64,000 nucleotides of DNA from the NCBI GenBank assembly GCA_030141605.1, contig JAQGDQ010000451.1:124001-188000 (forward strand), in the 5' to 3' direction. The notes under the pieces were generated by a model. The model did no database searches and was not told where the DNA came from. It was given only the letters and a program-made list of their open reading frames with translations. A program made the translations under genes and the position numbers. This document shows, piece by piece, positions 50,949 to 64,000 of the stretch; within the stretch, counting starts at the first letter, position 1; every line of letters begins with the position of its first letter. Source of the stretch: Tubiluchus corallicola (taxonomy: Eukaryota > Animalia > Priapulida).

Positions 50949-51170
50949 CATAATCATGAAGAGCGTGGTGGTGGTGGTGATGATGATGATGATGATGGTC
51001 TTGATGATGATAGTGATGGCGACGGTATTGGTGACGGTGTTGGTGATGATGATCATAATAATGCTGATCGTGATGGTGGTGTTGGTGTTGGTGATGGAGT
51101 TATTAATGGGGGTGGTGTTGGCGGTGACGGCAGGAGCAGCAGCAGTGATGATGACAGTGATGACCACGAT
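49721..51170. repeat. (GAT/GGT)n field containing a ~0.6-kb tandem duplication
   Basis: Unique block ~50021-50247 is repeated 576 bp later; the microsatellite pattern is also duplicated. Confidence 0.95.
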
Positions 51171-51462
51171 GACTACTATAGTTACAATTATTATAACGTG
51201 TCGTGACGTTGACTGGAGTGATTTAAGTATGCCTGTTCAAGAGCAACAATCACCGATCATCAGCATATGAATGGGTGTAAGCGTGTTATTTTTTCGTTGT
51301 TATAGCAACAGAGTTCTTTTACTGAATATCGTTCCGCATTCACAGTGCTCACATGTGCATTATGCAATTCGATTTTATTTCATGAAGAATTTAAACAATT
51401 CATTTCAACTCTGTTGTATGACATTGGCATCAAATTCGTCAAAGACGCTCCACATAAACGCT

Positions 51463-51610
51463 GAGGGGAATGGGAGAGTGGTGAGAGCGTGTGCTTGGTG
51501 TGAGTAACTGGGTGATAGCCGGGTTCGATACTGGCTCTGAGAATTCTTATTCGTAACATTTATGATTTTTACCTCGTGGCTATCTTTCTCGCCGAGCCTA
51601 CACTGTGTTG
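51463..51610 (+). mobile_element. tRNA-derived SINE-like head (similar heads at ~4095-4160 and ~57360-57430)
   Basis: A-box-like TGGGAGAGTGG and B-box GGTTCGATACT. Confidence 0.45.
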
Positions 51611-51621
51611 ATTCTCTTTCT

Positions 51622-51801
<180 letters not shown>

Positions 51802-52249
51802 TTACTTTACTAACTAAGTAAGGCATTGTTTCACTTTAGTATCTAAGCATAAGGGCTGGGCCTTTCCGCCAACCACACATTTTATAAATTCACGAATAAG
51901 GTAGCAGCATTGACGTGTGGGTCTTGGATTGGCGACCTGTCTTGTCTTGTGATTCACTTGTCGTTTCCAGCTTAGCAATAGATCGTTTCTGGAATCTCAG
52001 CTCGTTGTACAACCGAGTAGCTTTAGATGAATAAATAAATAAATTTGAAATGAACTATCTTGAAGATTTGTTTTATGCGGCTGCATGGCACGTGCTCGAC
52101 TTTAAAATTAATTGTTTGAATTAAGTTGATTCAACTCACATATTTCTTGGCAGAAGGGCTTGAAGAACATCTAAAATTTCTTAAAGGAACAACTAAACAG
52201 AAGCTGAACAAAACGGACGCGTTAATATTCTTAAAATAAGTCCAATACT

Positions 52250-52400
52250 AAATTTCTGAAAGCAAATTTAACTAAAAGAAAGGAAGTGTGAAAAAATAGA
52301 GATGCATCCTGGATTTGAACCAGAGACCATCCGCTTACAAGGCAGACACTCTACACCACTAAGCCATTTTAACCCTGTGATCAAGGCAGTCCAAAGTTCG
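52250..52400 (-). mobile_element. Left arm of the twin-tRNA palindromic family
   Basis: Reverse complement TGGCTTAGTGGTGTAGAGTGTCTGCCTTGTAAGCGGATGGTCTCTGGTTCAAATCCAGG; flanks resemble 42725-42860. Confidence 0.65.
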
Positions 52401-53101
52401 TAAATAACCTTTTTTGCATAATTTCCTTTTTGTCATTGATTTATTTTTGAATTTTGAAATTACAAAAAATACACCTCGAAATTTTACTTAACTAAAATTG
52501 CATACTCGACTGGAAAAACATTTTATAAATCAGTGAAGCGGTTTTTTTCACTTTGATTTGATTACCTTCATTCACAATTGTTGCGGAGGAGATTTATTTC
52601 TCATAAATCATAAATCGTAACCTGCTTTATTCGATCTCACCATTCTCGCGTCGTGCACTGATATAATTTGTGTTATTCCTCGCTTGAGAGTTTTACTTTG
52701 CAAAGTGTAGCCTAGTGTTATAGACGCATCTCTCTTTCTACTCAAATCTCTCTGTTTTTACTCATCTGGCTTCGTTGGGTAATGGTTTGAGGATGCGGAA
52801 CTTTGAGAGATTAGTTTCCTGTTCGGTGGTTGGCGTTAGTTGTCACACGTTCTGTCTGTAGGTCTAGTTATTATTTGAACACTAGTTTAGTTTTCCAATT
52901 CAATTCAATTTGTTTCATTTCTGTTCATCACTCGATACAATACTCCACATTACATTAACGTGTCACTTGAAATTACCATTAATCAGTAATCATTTTGAGA
53001 TATCATCTAATAATTGTAATTATCAGCTAGTGCTGTTGCTGCTGCTGCTGCTCCAGTTGATATTTTATGACATTAGATCACGGGCTTATTTGCTGTGGAT
53101 G

Positions 53102-53335
53102 CTGCTATTGTTGTTGTTGTTGCAACTACTACTGCTGTTGCTGTTGCTACTACTACTGCTTATCTTGCAGTTGCTACTACTACTACTACTGCTGCTGCTG
53201 CTACTGCTACTGCTACTGCTACTGCTACTGCTACTGCTACTGCTACTGCTACTGCTACTGCTACTGCTACTGTTACTGCTACTGCTACTGCTACTGCTAC
53301 TGCTACTACTACTACTGTTACTGCTACTACTACTG

Positions 53336-53367
<32 letters not shown>
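53102..53367. repeat. (CTA/CTG)n and (ACTGCT)n microsatellite
   Basis: Direct reading. Confidence 0.95.
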
Positions 53368-53681
53368 TGGGTTAGAAGATTTGTGTTGCTTGCTCAGATT
53401 CGATACCGCACTTTTTCTTGATTGCTGACACCGCACATGCGTGCAGGCTAACACAAACCATTTCAGAATTTTTTTTGCGCACAAGCGCGACCTGCGCCTC
53501 CAGCATTTTCTGAATGTTAACAGCCATATATAGCTTAATTTAATATTTCCCTCTGCGAAAGGTAGCTTTAGTATTGTAGCTAGTCTGTGTGTGACAGCTT
53601 CACTAGGATAGCTTAATCTTATTATTGATTTTAGGTGCAGCTCTAAACAGTAATTAGTCAGTGCCTAGTTTCCAGCTGAAT

Positions 53682-56600
53682 TTCCACCTGTTCATCAACA
53701 GTTTATACTTCCACCTCTTTGTCAACAGCATACGCATCCACCTCTTCCTCAGCAGTGTGCACTTCCACCTCTTCATCAACAGTGTGCACTTCCACCTCTT
53801 CATCAACAGTGTGCACTTCCACCTCTTCATCAACAGTGTGCACTTCTACCTCTTCGTCAACAGTGTGCACTTCTACCTCTTCATCAACAGTGTGCACTTC
53901 CACCTCTTTGTCAACAGTTTATACTTCCACCTCTTCGTCAACAGTGTGCGCTTCCACCTCTTTGTCAACAGTTTATACTTCCACCTCTTCGTCAACAGCA
54001 TACGCATCCACCTCTTCGTCAGCAGTGTGCACTTCCACCTCTTCGTCAGCAGTGTGCACTTCCACCTCTTCATCAACAGTGTGCACTTCCACCTCTTCAT
54101 CAACAGTGTGCACTTCCACCTCTTCATCAACAGTGTGCACTTCTACCTCTTCATCAACAGTGTGCACTTCTACCTCTTCGTCAACAGTGTGCACTTCCAC
54201 CTCTTCATCAACAGTGTGCACTTCCACCTCTTCATCAACAGTGTGCACTTCCACCTCTTCGTCAGCAGTGTGCACTTCCACCTCTTCATCAACAGTGTGC
54301 ACTTCCACCTCTTCATCAACAGTGTGCACTTCCACCTCTTCATCAACAGTGTGCACTTCTACCTCTTCATCAACAGTGTGCACTTCTACCTCTTCGTCAA
54401 CAGTGTGCACTTCCACCTCTTCATCAACAGTGTGCACTTCCACCTCTTCATCAACAGTGTGCACTTCCACCTCTTCGTCAACAGTATGCACTTCCACCTC
54501 TTCGTCAACAGTATGCGCTTCCACCTCTTTGTCAACAGTATATGCTTCCACCTCTTCGTCAACAGTATGCACTTCCACCTCTTTGTCAACAGTATGCACT
54601 TCCACCTCTTTGTCAACAGTATATGCTTCCACCTCTTCGTCAACAGTGTGCACTTCCACCTCTTCGTCAACAGTGTGCACTTCTACCTCTTTGTCAACAG
54701 TATGCGCTTCCACCTCTTCGTCAACAGTGTGCACTTCCACCTCTTTGTCAACAGTATGCACTTCCACCTCTTCGTCAACAGTATGCACTTCTACCTCTTC
54801 GTCAACAGTGTGCACTTCCACCTCTTCGTCAACAGTGTGCACTTCCACCTCTTTGTCAACAGTATACGCTTCCACCTCTTTGTCAACAGTGTACGCTTCC
54901 ACCTCTTTGTCAACAGTGTACGCTTCCACCTCTTCGTCAACAGTGTACGCTTCCACCTCTTCGTCAACAGTATGCACTTCAACCTCTTCGTCAACAGTAT
55001 GCACTTCAACCTCTTCTTCAACAGGATGCACTTCCACCTCTTTGTCAACAGTGTGCGCTTCCACCTCTTCGTCAACAGTGTACAATTCAACCTCTTTGTC
55101 AACAGTGTGCACTTCCACCTCTTTGTCAACAGTGTGCACTTCCACCTCTTCGTCAACAGTATGCACTTCGACCTCTTTGTCAACAGTGTGCACTTCCACC
55201 TCTTCGTCAACAGTGTGCACTTCCACCTCTTTGTCAACAGTGTACGCTTCCACCTCTTCGTCAACAGTGTACAATTCAACCTCTTTGTCAACAGTGTACG
55301 CTTCCACCTCTTCGTCAACAGTGTGCACTTCCACCTCTTCGTCAACAGTGTGCACTTCCACCTCTTTGTCAACAGTGTGCACTTCCACCTCTTCGTCAAC
55401 AGTGTGCACTTCAACCTCTTTGTCAACAGTGTGCACTTCCACCTCTTCGTCAACAGTGTGCACTTCCACCTCTTTGTCAACAGTGTACGCTTCCACCTCT
55501 TCGTCAACAGTGTACAATTCAACCTCTTTGTCAACAGTGTACGCTTCCACCTCTTCGTCAACAGTGTGCACTTCCACCTCTTCCAACAACTTCCACCTCT
55601 TCGTCAACAGTTGCACTTCACCTCTTGTCAACAGTTGCACTTCACCCTGCCTTCCACCTCTTGTCAACAGTGTCCTTCCACCTCTTCGTCAACAGTGTGC
55701 ACTTCCACCTCTTTGTCAACAGTGTGCACTTCCACCTCTTCGTCAGCAGTGTGCACTTCCACCTCTTCGTCAACAGTGTGCACTTCCACCTCTTTGTCAA
55801 CAGTGTGCACTTCCACCTCTTCGTCAACAGTGTGCACTTCCACCTCTTTGTCAACAGTGTACGCTTCCACCTCTTCGTCAACAGTGTACAATTCAACCTC
55901 TTTGTCAACAGTGTGCCCTTCAACCTCTTCGTCAACAGTATGCACTTCCACCTCTTCGTCAACAGTGTGCACTTCCACCTCTTTGTCAACAGTGTGCACT
56001 TCCACCTCTTCGTCAACAGTGTGCACTTCCACCTCTTCGTCAACAGTGTGCACTTCCACCTCTTCGTCAACAGTGTGCACTTCCACCTCTTTGTCAACAG
56101 TATACGCTTCCACCTCTTTGTCAACAGTATACGCTTCCACCTCTTTGTCAACAGTGTACGCTTCCACCTCTTTGTCAACAGTGTGCACTTCCACCTCTTC
56201 GTCAACAGTGTGCACTTCCACCTCTTCGTCAACAGTGTGCACTTCCACCTCTTCGTCAACAGTGTGCACTTCCACCTCTTTGTCAACAGTGTGCACTTCC
56301 ACCTCTTCGTCAACAGTGTGCACTTCCACCTCTTCGTCAACAGTGTGCACTTCCACCTCTTCGTCAACAGTGTGCACTTCTACCTCTTTGTCAACAGTAT
56401 GCGCTTCCACCTCTTCATCAACAGTATGCACTTCCACCTCTTCGTCAACAGTGTGCACTTCAACCTTTTCGTCAACAGTATGCGCTTCCACCTCTTCGTC
56501 AACAGTGTACGCTTCCACCTCTTCGTCAACAGTGTGCGCTTCCACCTCTTCGTCAACAGTATGCACTTCCACCTCTTCGTCAACAGTGTGCACTTCCACC

Positions 56601-56778
56601 TCTTCGTCAACAGTGTGCACTTCTACCTCTTTGTCAACAGTATGCGCTTCCACCTCTTTGTCAACAGTGTGCACTTCCACCTCTTCGTCAACAGTGTGTA
56701 CTTCAACCTCTTCGTCAACAGTGTGCACTTCCACCTCTTTGTCAACAGTGTACGCTTCCAACTCTTCGTCAATAGTGT
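53682..56778. repeat. 27-bp minisatellite, ~3.1 kb (~115 units)
   Basis: Unit CACTTCCACCTCTTCGTCAACAGTGTG, with a disrupted segment at ~55583-55680. Explains the ORFs of up to 1041 aa in several frames. Confidence 0.97.
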
Positions 56779-59235
56779 CCCTATAAATCAAAGCCGAGCT
56801 TATCAAGTATTTGCAATATGCACATTGCACACTGGTTGACTTCAGTGCACTACAAGATGAAGCTAAACCTTATCAGACTGTTGCAGTATACAGGCCGAAT
56901 GTATTAAACTGTTGTTCTGGAGGCATAAAGAGCAGCTTAAATAGAAGTTCTTCGCAATGTGATTTGAAAAGCATGTAGCCTGATAAGCCTTCTCAGAAAT
57001 AATAAGAATGTTCTGATACTCCTGTAATAAAGCTTTCTTATCATTGTACAGAGAGGTTGTAAACAGTTCAGCTGTTCGCGACGGTATCCTCCTCTTGTGT
57101 GAACTGGTGGAAAACTTTGGATTAAATATTTGAAGTTTCGAAGCCCCAAAAAGGCCGTTTTAGTGTAAAATATAGAATAAACGGAAAGACCACACATGGC
57201 CCAGCAATAACAATACTCTGCCCTGATAAATAAGTAAATCTGTGTACTTATTTTCAAAGTTTACTACTTTAACTAGTCATAAACTGTAACACTATTTCTA
57301 CTTAGAAATTCTTCACCTGTTTTGACGTCCTTTACTCCATATTTGAAACCGATTACTGAACGTGGCCGAGTGGTCAGGGCGTGTGTTTGGCGATCAAACT
57401 AAGAATGGGGTCGAGGCTGGGCAATGATTTCTGACGTGGTGATCACTGTGTTCGTCTCTCGCTCTGCAGGGTTTCATTTGGCATACTGATTCTGGCTGTT
57501 CACCTCGTTCAGAGATAATGACTGAAATACCTCTGTCGATTTGGTGTCTTGTTTTTTGTAAAGTCATAGACTTAATAGTGAGATGAATTTCGGGCTGTTT
57601 ACAAACGACCACTCTGAGTAAACCCAGCCACCTTGCTGGTTGCTCGATTCCGTCTCGTAGCGTGACTTGTTGCTAAAGAAAAGATACGTTCAATCAGTGC
57701 TACTTCTCATACACCTGGTCTGCTTGTCTCATTCTGGAACGTATCTCTTTGCTGTCTAGAAATCCTTTTACAAATCCATAACGTACATCTTCTATCATGA
57801 AAGTCAAAGTCTGGCAGTTACACGAGTTTTTAATAATGAAACTGAATTAAGTGTTAATTTAAGTGGTTTTTTACTGCAAGAAACAGGCCATAGCGACACA
57901 CTGCAGGAGGAAATGCTTAATGAGATCTTGGAATTCGATTTTATATAAAGTTAAGCTCAGTTTAATGATCCCGTTAAATCACAGCATATTTTGCAAACTC
58001 TTAGTTTGTACATACACGCCAATAACCAACCTACAATAGAGTTCTACATGATTTTGAAATTGTTGAATTCTGTGTATAGTGAAAATTCATATTTGGTGAC
58101 ATCTCTTAGTAGTATGATACAGACTAATCATATAACTACATACTTTTTATTTGCACTTAATAACAGTACTTAAAAACAAAAAAAACAAACAAATTGTAAC
58201 TAACTATATGATTAGCCTGCACAAACACATCTTGCTACTAGGAGTACTACTAGCAAAAGTTGACACTAAATATGAATTTTCACTATGTACAGAATTAAGC
58301 AATTTCAAAATCAGTATTTATATGTATAGAACCTTATTATAGTTTGCGATTTGCGTGTATGTACAAACTAAGAGTTTGCTAAGAATGATATGATTTAATG
58401 ATGTCGCCATTTTAATGAATGCAGTTTATTCAAGATCCACGTCACTTACAACATTGGTCTTCACAAGTTTTTCACATGTTATGCTTATGATACGCCATCT
58501 TCTACAGTATGTACAGAAAATAATATAAAACATTTTAAAGTACTGTTATGTCACTCTGCCTATAGTTTAAGAAGGAAAGAATGATTGGATCAGCAAATTT
58601 TATTGTAAATTATATATTCCACCAAACTGATGTGTAATATCATAGTAGAATATTTAGAAGATGGCATGATTTATTGAAGTACTAACCGCTGGCTTCTTGA
58701 CTGATGTTTTGTATTTTTAATCTCTGTACATATTTTTGTATTGTTTTTTGTAAATTTTCGTAGTTTTTAATAGTGTAGTATTTCTTCGTTTTTAGTGTAA
58801 ACTTTTAACTTTTATATGGCATTCTATGTAGTGAAATAAACTTTAAATAAACAAATGAGCTCAATTTTATGTAAAATCACATTAAAGAATTTTATCAGTC
58901 ATTTCCTCCTGTAGCGTGTCTTGCAGTAAAAAAGCATTTAAACGTACCTCAGTCAGTTTATTTCTTAAGACATACACAACGTAACTAATAACTCAGTAAA
59001 CATTTGTTGTTATCGATTTACTAAGAGTTGTTAAATAGCTAAGCGCGGAGTGCCATCATGTAAGCTGTCAAAACCTTCTGCCACGAATCACATAATAAAA
59101 TGTTTAAAATAAAATAATAATGTCTGATATTGTTCGTACCGTTGTACGAATTAAAATCCTCCTATGCGAATATCTTTTCTCTACCCAGTAACCTAACTAT
59201 AGATTCTGTACACGTTCTACTGAATTTTTATTAAT

Positions 59236-60212
59236 TAAGAGAACATTGGCCAGTGACAATTAGTAAACATTATCCAGGATGTTTCTTGATTTAGCGCGTG
59301 CAAGAAGACGTGATCTGTGAAGGGAAAACACTACGTGGAACGTTCGTGCGTTATTGATCAGTAAGAGAACATTGGCCGGTGACAATTAGTAAATATTATC
59401 TAGGATGTTTCTTGATTAGGCGCGTGCAAGAAGACGTGACCTGTGAAGGGAAAACACTACGTGGAACGTTCGTGCGTTATTGATCAGTAAGAGAACATTG
59501 ACCAGTGACAATTAGTAAATATTATCTAGGATGTTTCTTGATTAGGCGCGTGCAAGAAGACGTGACCTGTGAAGGGAAAACACTACGTGGAACGTTCGTG
59601 CGTTATTGATCAGTAAGAGAACATTGACCAGTGACAATTAGTAAACATTATCCAGGATGTTTCTTGATTTAGCGCGTGCAAGAAGACGTGACCTGTGAAG
59701 GGAAAGCACTACGTGGAACGTTCATGCGTTATTGATCAGTAAGAGAACATTGACCAGTGACAATTAGTAAACATTATCCAGGATTTTTCTTGATTTGGCG
59801 CGTGCAAGAAGACGTGACCTGTGAAGGGAAAACACTACGTGGAACGTTCGTGCGTTATTGATCAGTAAGAGAACATTGACCAGTGACAATTAGTAAACAT
59901 TATCCAGGATGTTTCTTGATTTCGCGCGTGCAAGAAGACGTGACCTGTGAAGGGAAAGCACTACGTGGAACGTTCATGCGTTATTGATCAGTAAGAGAAC
60001 ATTGACCAGTGACAATTAGTAAACATTATCCAGGATGTTTCTTGATTTGGCGCGTGCAAGAAGACGTGACCTGTGAAGGGAAAACACTACGTGGAACGTT
60101 CGTGCGTTATCGATCAGTAAGAGAACATTGGCCGGTGACAATTAGTAAACATTATCCAGGATGTTTCTTGATTTGGCGTGTGCAAGAAGACGTGACCTGT
60201 GAAGGGAAAACA
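59236..60212. repeat. 126-bp tandem repeat, ~7.7 copies, ending in a (CA)n/(CACG)n tract (60213-60295)
   Basis: GAACATTG recurs at 59241, 59367, 59493 and onward. Confidence 0.97.
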
Positions 60213-62994
60213 CCACACACACACATGCACTCACACAAACACGCACGCACGCATACACGCACGCACGCACGCACACACACACACACACACACACAAGTAG
60301 TAGAAAATCTTGACAGATTTTAAGCGCCAATACAATAGAGGTAAATTTTAATTTAATCCAATTCTAACTTTTAAATTGTACTGTAGATTATATACAATTA
60401 GTAAAATTGTAGCTTGTAGATAGAACAATATTCTAACAGATTAAGTGTAGCAATATGTGGCATTGGCATTCTGAAACCTCTGAGTCCATGAAATAGCATG
60501 ATCATAAGATTACCAAATCACTTGAAAAAATAAATTGCAAAGAGATAAGCAGAAAACGCACTGGTGACGTCAGAAAAAACTTGCAAAAATAGAAATGTTT
60601 CCTGTTTACAACTTGAACCAAGTTCTTTAAACACGTCGACATCTTTATGGCATTTTTAGAACCACAGAAGTTGATTGAAGCTTCAGAATAGTTTCAGTAT
60701 TTGTGAAATAAATTAGATTCTTAAAGAGCTTGCTAAAAGCAGTGGACAGAGTAATATGTCAGTAGATATTACGATCATTTTACCTTGTTTTTTGATGCTA
60801 GGCAAAATAACACCAATAGACTTTCATAACACAATAACTAATAAATCCATACAACAAATAATCTTGAAGTAAGATAGTAAATAAACATACAAATAAACAA
60901 CTTAGTCAGTGAATGGCTTGGTGACCACCTGGTAGCTGGTTCAATACTCGCTCTCGATAATTCCATCTGCTGTACTATCTGTGTCTGTTTACCTCACATG
61001 GCTGAGGCATCGCAACGACTTAATAAGATAAAAGTCTGGTCCTGCCACAAGCGTTTACATCAAACACGCCATACAGTTGTTAGCTGGATCCCGATTTGCA
61101 GAACGCGGAACTGTATAAGAAACACTAATACCAAATATAACTGGTTGGTTCATGCTAACAATTATGCTATTAGCAAAGCTCCATCCACTGTGTAAACTCT
61201 TCAGTCTAAAAGACTTTGCTTTGCTCATTGTCAAGCTACACAGCATTAACTCGTATGCTAAAAGGTGTTAAGTAAACCTAACCATCGATATTGAAAGAAA
61301 ATTGTCGCTTACGTCACCAGAGAAGTTTGCAAACCGCCATTATTTCAGTCCACCAGAGATTTGTGGTAGTTATAGATTCAGACTAATGGGTGCAGTAGTG
61401 TTAATACCTGAGAAAATTGTTATCATCAGTCCAGCGAAATGACTATCCACACGTCTTATATGCAATCTACTTACACGTGCTGGCGTTGTTTTATGACTGC
61501 CATCTTTGCTGATTTGTGATCGCATCTGAAGAGAATCATGGTGCTTAGCGATCATTAAATCAAACAAGGTTAAGGTGAGAATGAATCACATGACGTAACG
61601 TAGTGATACGTCATGAAAATACAACATCCGACAAACTTTACATAAAACTTGTTTTTTCGTTCCGAAGTTTCATGTTTACACGCTAGCTTTTAACACACAA
61701 AGCTTGTAATAGCAGTAGCATTGAGTAAAACTTGTGCATTTTTTATTCCCGCGCTGACACTCAGGCGCAGCCATTTTAACGGTCAGTTGTTGTGTAAGAA
61801 ATCACGCAATTAAGGTAGCATTGCGTAAAGTTTGAAATAATGAGCACTGCTTTGAAGAAACCAAAAAACTTGAAATTTAGTTTTAAGATTTTATTCTGAA
61901 ATGCCTACATAAACAGTGAAGTAGTGTCATGTTGAAAAGCAGAGAACCAAGTGACCAGAACTACAGGTGAAATCATTTAGGTGTGAAAACAGGTTTAGAG
62001 ATTATGCATTCATAAAGACTGTAGAAGCCAATGAAAATTTAAACAGTAAAGAGGAAGATTTAACAATTTTAACAAGAACACCTGAAGGTGGCAGCATTAT
62101 CCAAAAGTCAAAAACGTATGATGACAATACAACATAAATTTAAATTTAGGGTAATTAAAATGATTTTCTTCTGTCCAAGCACAGCATTCGAATCACACAA
62201 AGCATGAATAAGTATGATTTATTTTATCTTGTCAATATGATTAATAATGTTTTTGGTGAGCCAGTGACGTTTTTTGTTGCATACTGGGATAGTGAAACAG
62301 TGACGTGTTTTCAGGCTGGCGTGAATTTATTTCAGTGACGCCCGTCTTTCAAACAGGTAAGCGTAATGCAAAGTAGTTTAGCTTTGCATGGAAACTTTTG
62401 TGCAACCAGCTTAAACTCAATAGATTTTTCTAGCTGTAAATTTATTTGGAAGCGATGGATGCCAACCAAAAATGACAGACTGGTGTACCGATACCGAATT
62501 CTGATCAGGCCGATTACCGATACCGAATACCAATCAATAGAAAACTACCTATTGCTAGTTTAAGGAATATTAGTACGGGATTTATAGCTGTGTAAAAACC
62601 TTCCACTAGAGTCAAACAAGAGGTCTTATCTGATAACGTTTCTTTTATAAAGTTCATCACTCTACAAGCAGGGATATGACACTAATCTTTAGGGCCCACT
62701 TAGTGTACATGATTGTGGTGGAACCGGAACATAGCTCGTCGTCAAGGATGCTCCCTGTGATGACATAGAGATGTCTTAGTCACGTCCTGATGCAAGATCA
62801 ATAGCTAGTTCAGTATCTTAGATGAAACCAGTCAGGTCACCCATCAATTTACTGAGCAGGCACATTGCAGCTTAATCTTGGTTAAGTTTGCATTCTATAT
62901 TATCCTCACCAGTTTATATAAAACTGTAATGATAGTACAGAAATCGATTATTGGTTGTTTATTACAGGTTGATTACTAGTTAAAAATTGACTTT

Positions 62995-63098
62995 TTATTT
63001 ATTTGTTTACTTATTTATTTATTAATTCATTTATTTATTTATTTATTTAATAACTTATTTATTTGTTGATTTATTTATGAATTTATTTATTTATTTAT
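62995..63098. repeat. Degenerate (ATTT)n
   Basis: Direct reading. Confidence 0.85.
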
Positions 63099-63590
63099 AT
63101 ATATGAGGTATGACGTGTTTCGTAGATTCTCTCTACTTTCCTTATATACATAATGATGATATTAAAAAGTGAAATAGAATAGTAAATACATAAATATACG
63201 TACTAACTAATTTTTACAGCTGAAATAACATTTTTAGGATATGCTGAAATGAGAATGAGAATTAGTTAAATAAATAAAGCAATTTTAGCTGAAAAAGGTG
63301 GTACGTAAGACTTGTATTTGTAATTTTGCTATTCTACTCCATTCTATTCTAGTCGCTGCAAGTAGTTTTTTTAAAGGCTTCTTTCTTTTCCTTGCTGTTT
63401 TCTTGACAATATCGCAAGAATTTACGAGGTGTCAGAGTCTTTAGGGGTTTGCATGCATTCAATGTCAGTGAATGACAAGCTAATGACGGTATCAAATTTA
63501 TTATCCCTCATAACGTCTGCTTCATTTCATTAGGTATCTGTATAATATATAGACATGCGTCTACATATCTCTGTGTATCTCTCATATAGA

Positions 63591-64000
63591 TGTTTAGTGC
63601 ACAGATCAAACCTGTAACCATGAACTGAGTTTAGTGCACTGACGAAACCTGTAACTATGAACTGTGTTTAGTGCACTGACCAAACCTGTAACCATGAACT
63701 GTGTTTAGTGCACAGACCAAACCTGTAACCATGAACTGTGTTTAGTGCACAGACCAAACCTGTAACCATGAACTGTGTTTAGTGCACTGACCAAACCTGT
63801 AACCATGAACTGTGTTTAGTGCACAGATCAAACCTGTAACCGTGAACTGTGTTTAGTGCACAGACCAAACCTGTAACCATGAACTGTGTTTAGTGCACAG
63901 ACCAAACCTGTAACCATGAACTGTGTTTAGTGCACAGACCAAACCTGTAACCATGAACTGTGTTTAGTGCACAGACCAAACCTGTAACCATGAACTGTGT
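63591..64000. repeat. 37-bp minisatellite, >=11 copies, runs off the window end
   Basis: Unit TGTTTAGTGCACAGACCAAACCTGTAACCATGAACTG. Confidence 0.97.

Noticed and set aside
53661-56839. ORFs of 388-1041 aa as protein-coding genes
   Set aside because: They are overlapping ORFs on both strands caused by a stop-poor 27-bp unit, with no unique domain and no evident splice context.
58140-58860. Further LINE 3' remnant (also ~35000-35360 on the minus strand)
   Set aside because: Only faint H.Y.TR-like traces; too decayed to support by eye.

Overview
AT-rich, repeat-dense eukaryotic (animal, probably invertebrate) genomic DNA; nothing prokaryotic and no CRISPR. I can support two protein-coding genes, both on +. 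The first is the last five exons of an RSL1D1 (ribosomal L1 domain-containing 1) gene (981-7193), with GT-AG introns and consistent phases. The second is one coding exon (23033-23297) with a signal peptide and a MOLO-1/TPM-type N-terminal motif; I could not find its next exon in the remaining ~40 kb. The rest is non-autonomous DNA transposons (Kolobok-like TTAA/AGG families, piggyBac-, Tc1/mariner/pogo- and hAT-type MITEs), decayed LINEs (RTE-X-like, Rex1/Babar-like, CR1/L2-like), tRNA- and 5S-derived repeats, microsatellites, nine unrelated minisatellite arrays and several local duplications (2.35 kb, ~0.6 kb, 153 bp). Nearly all long ORFs in the track are repeat artefacts. The most interesting observations are: a Rex1-like LINE whose consecutive RT segments became two minisatellites and which also took a Kolobok-like insertion; a palindromic element with two outward-facing tRNA-like heads; and a 2.4-kb foldback with ~725-bp arms. 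All comparisons were made by eye and no database search was run.
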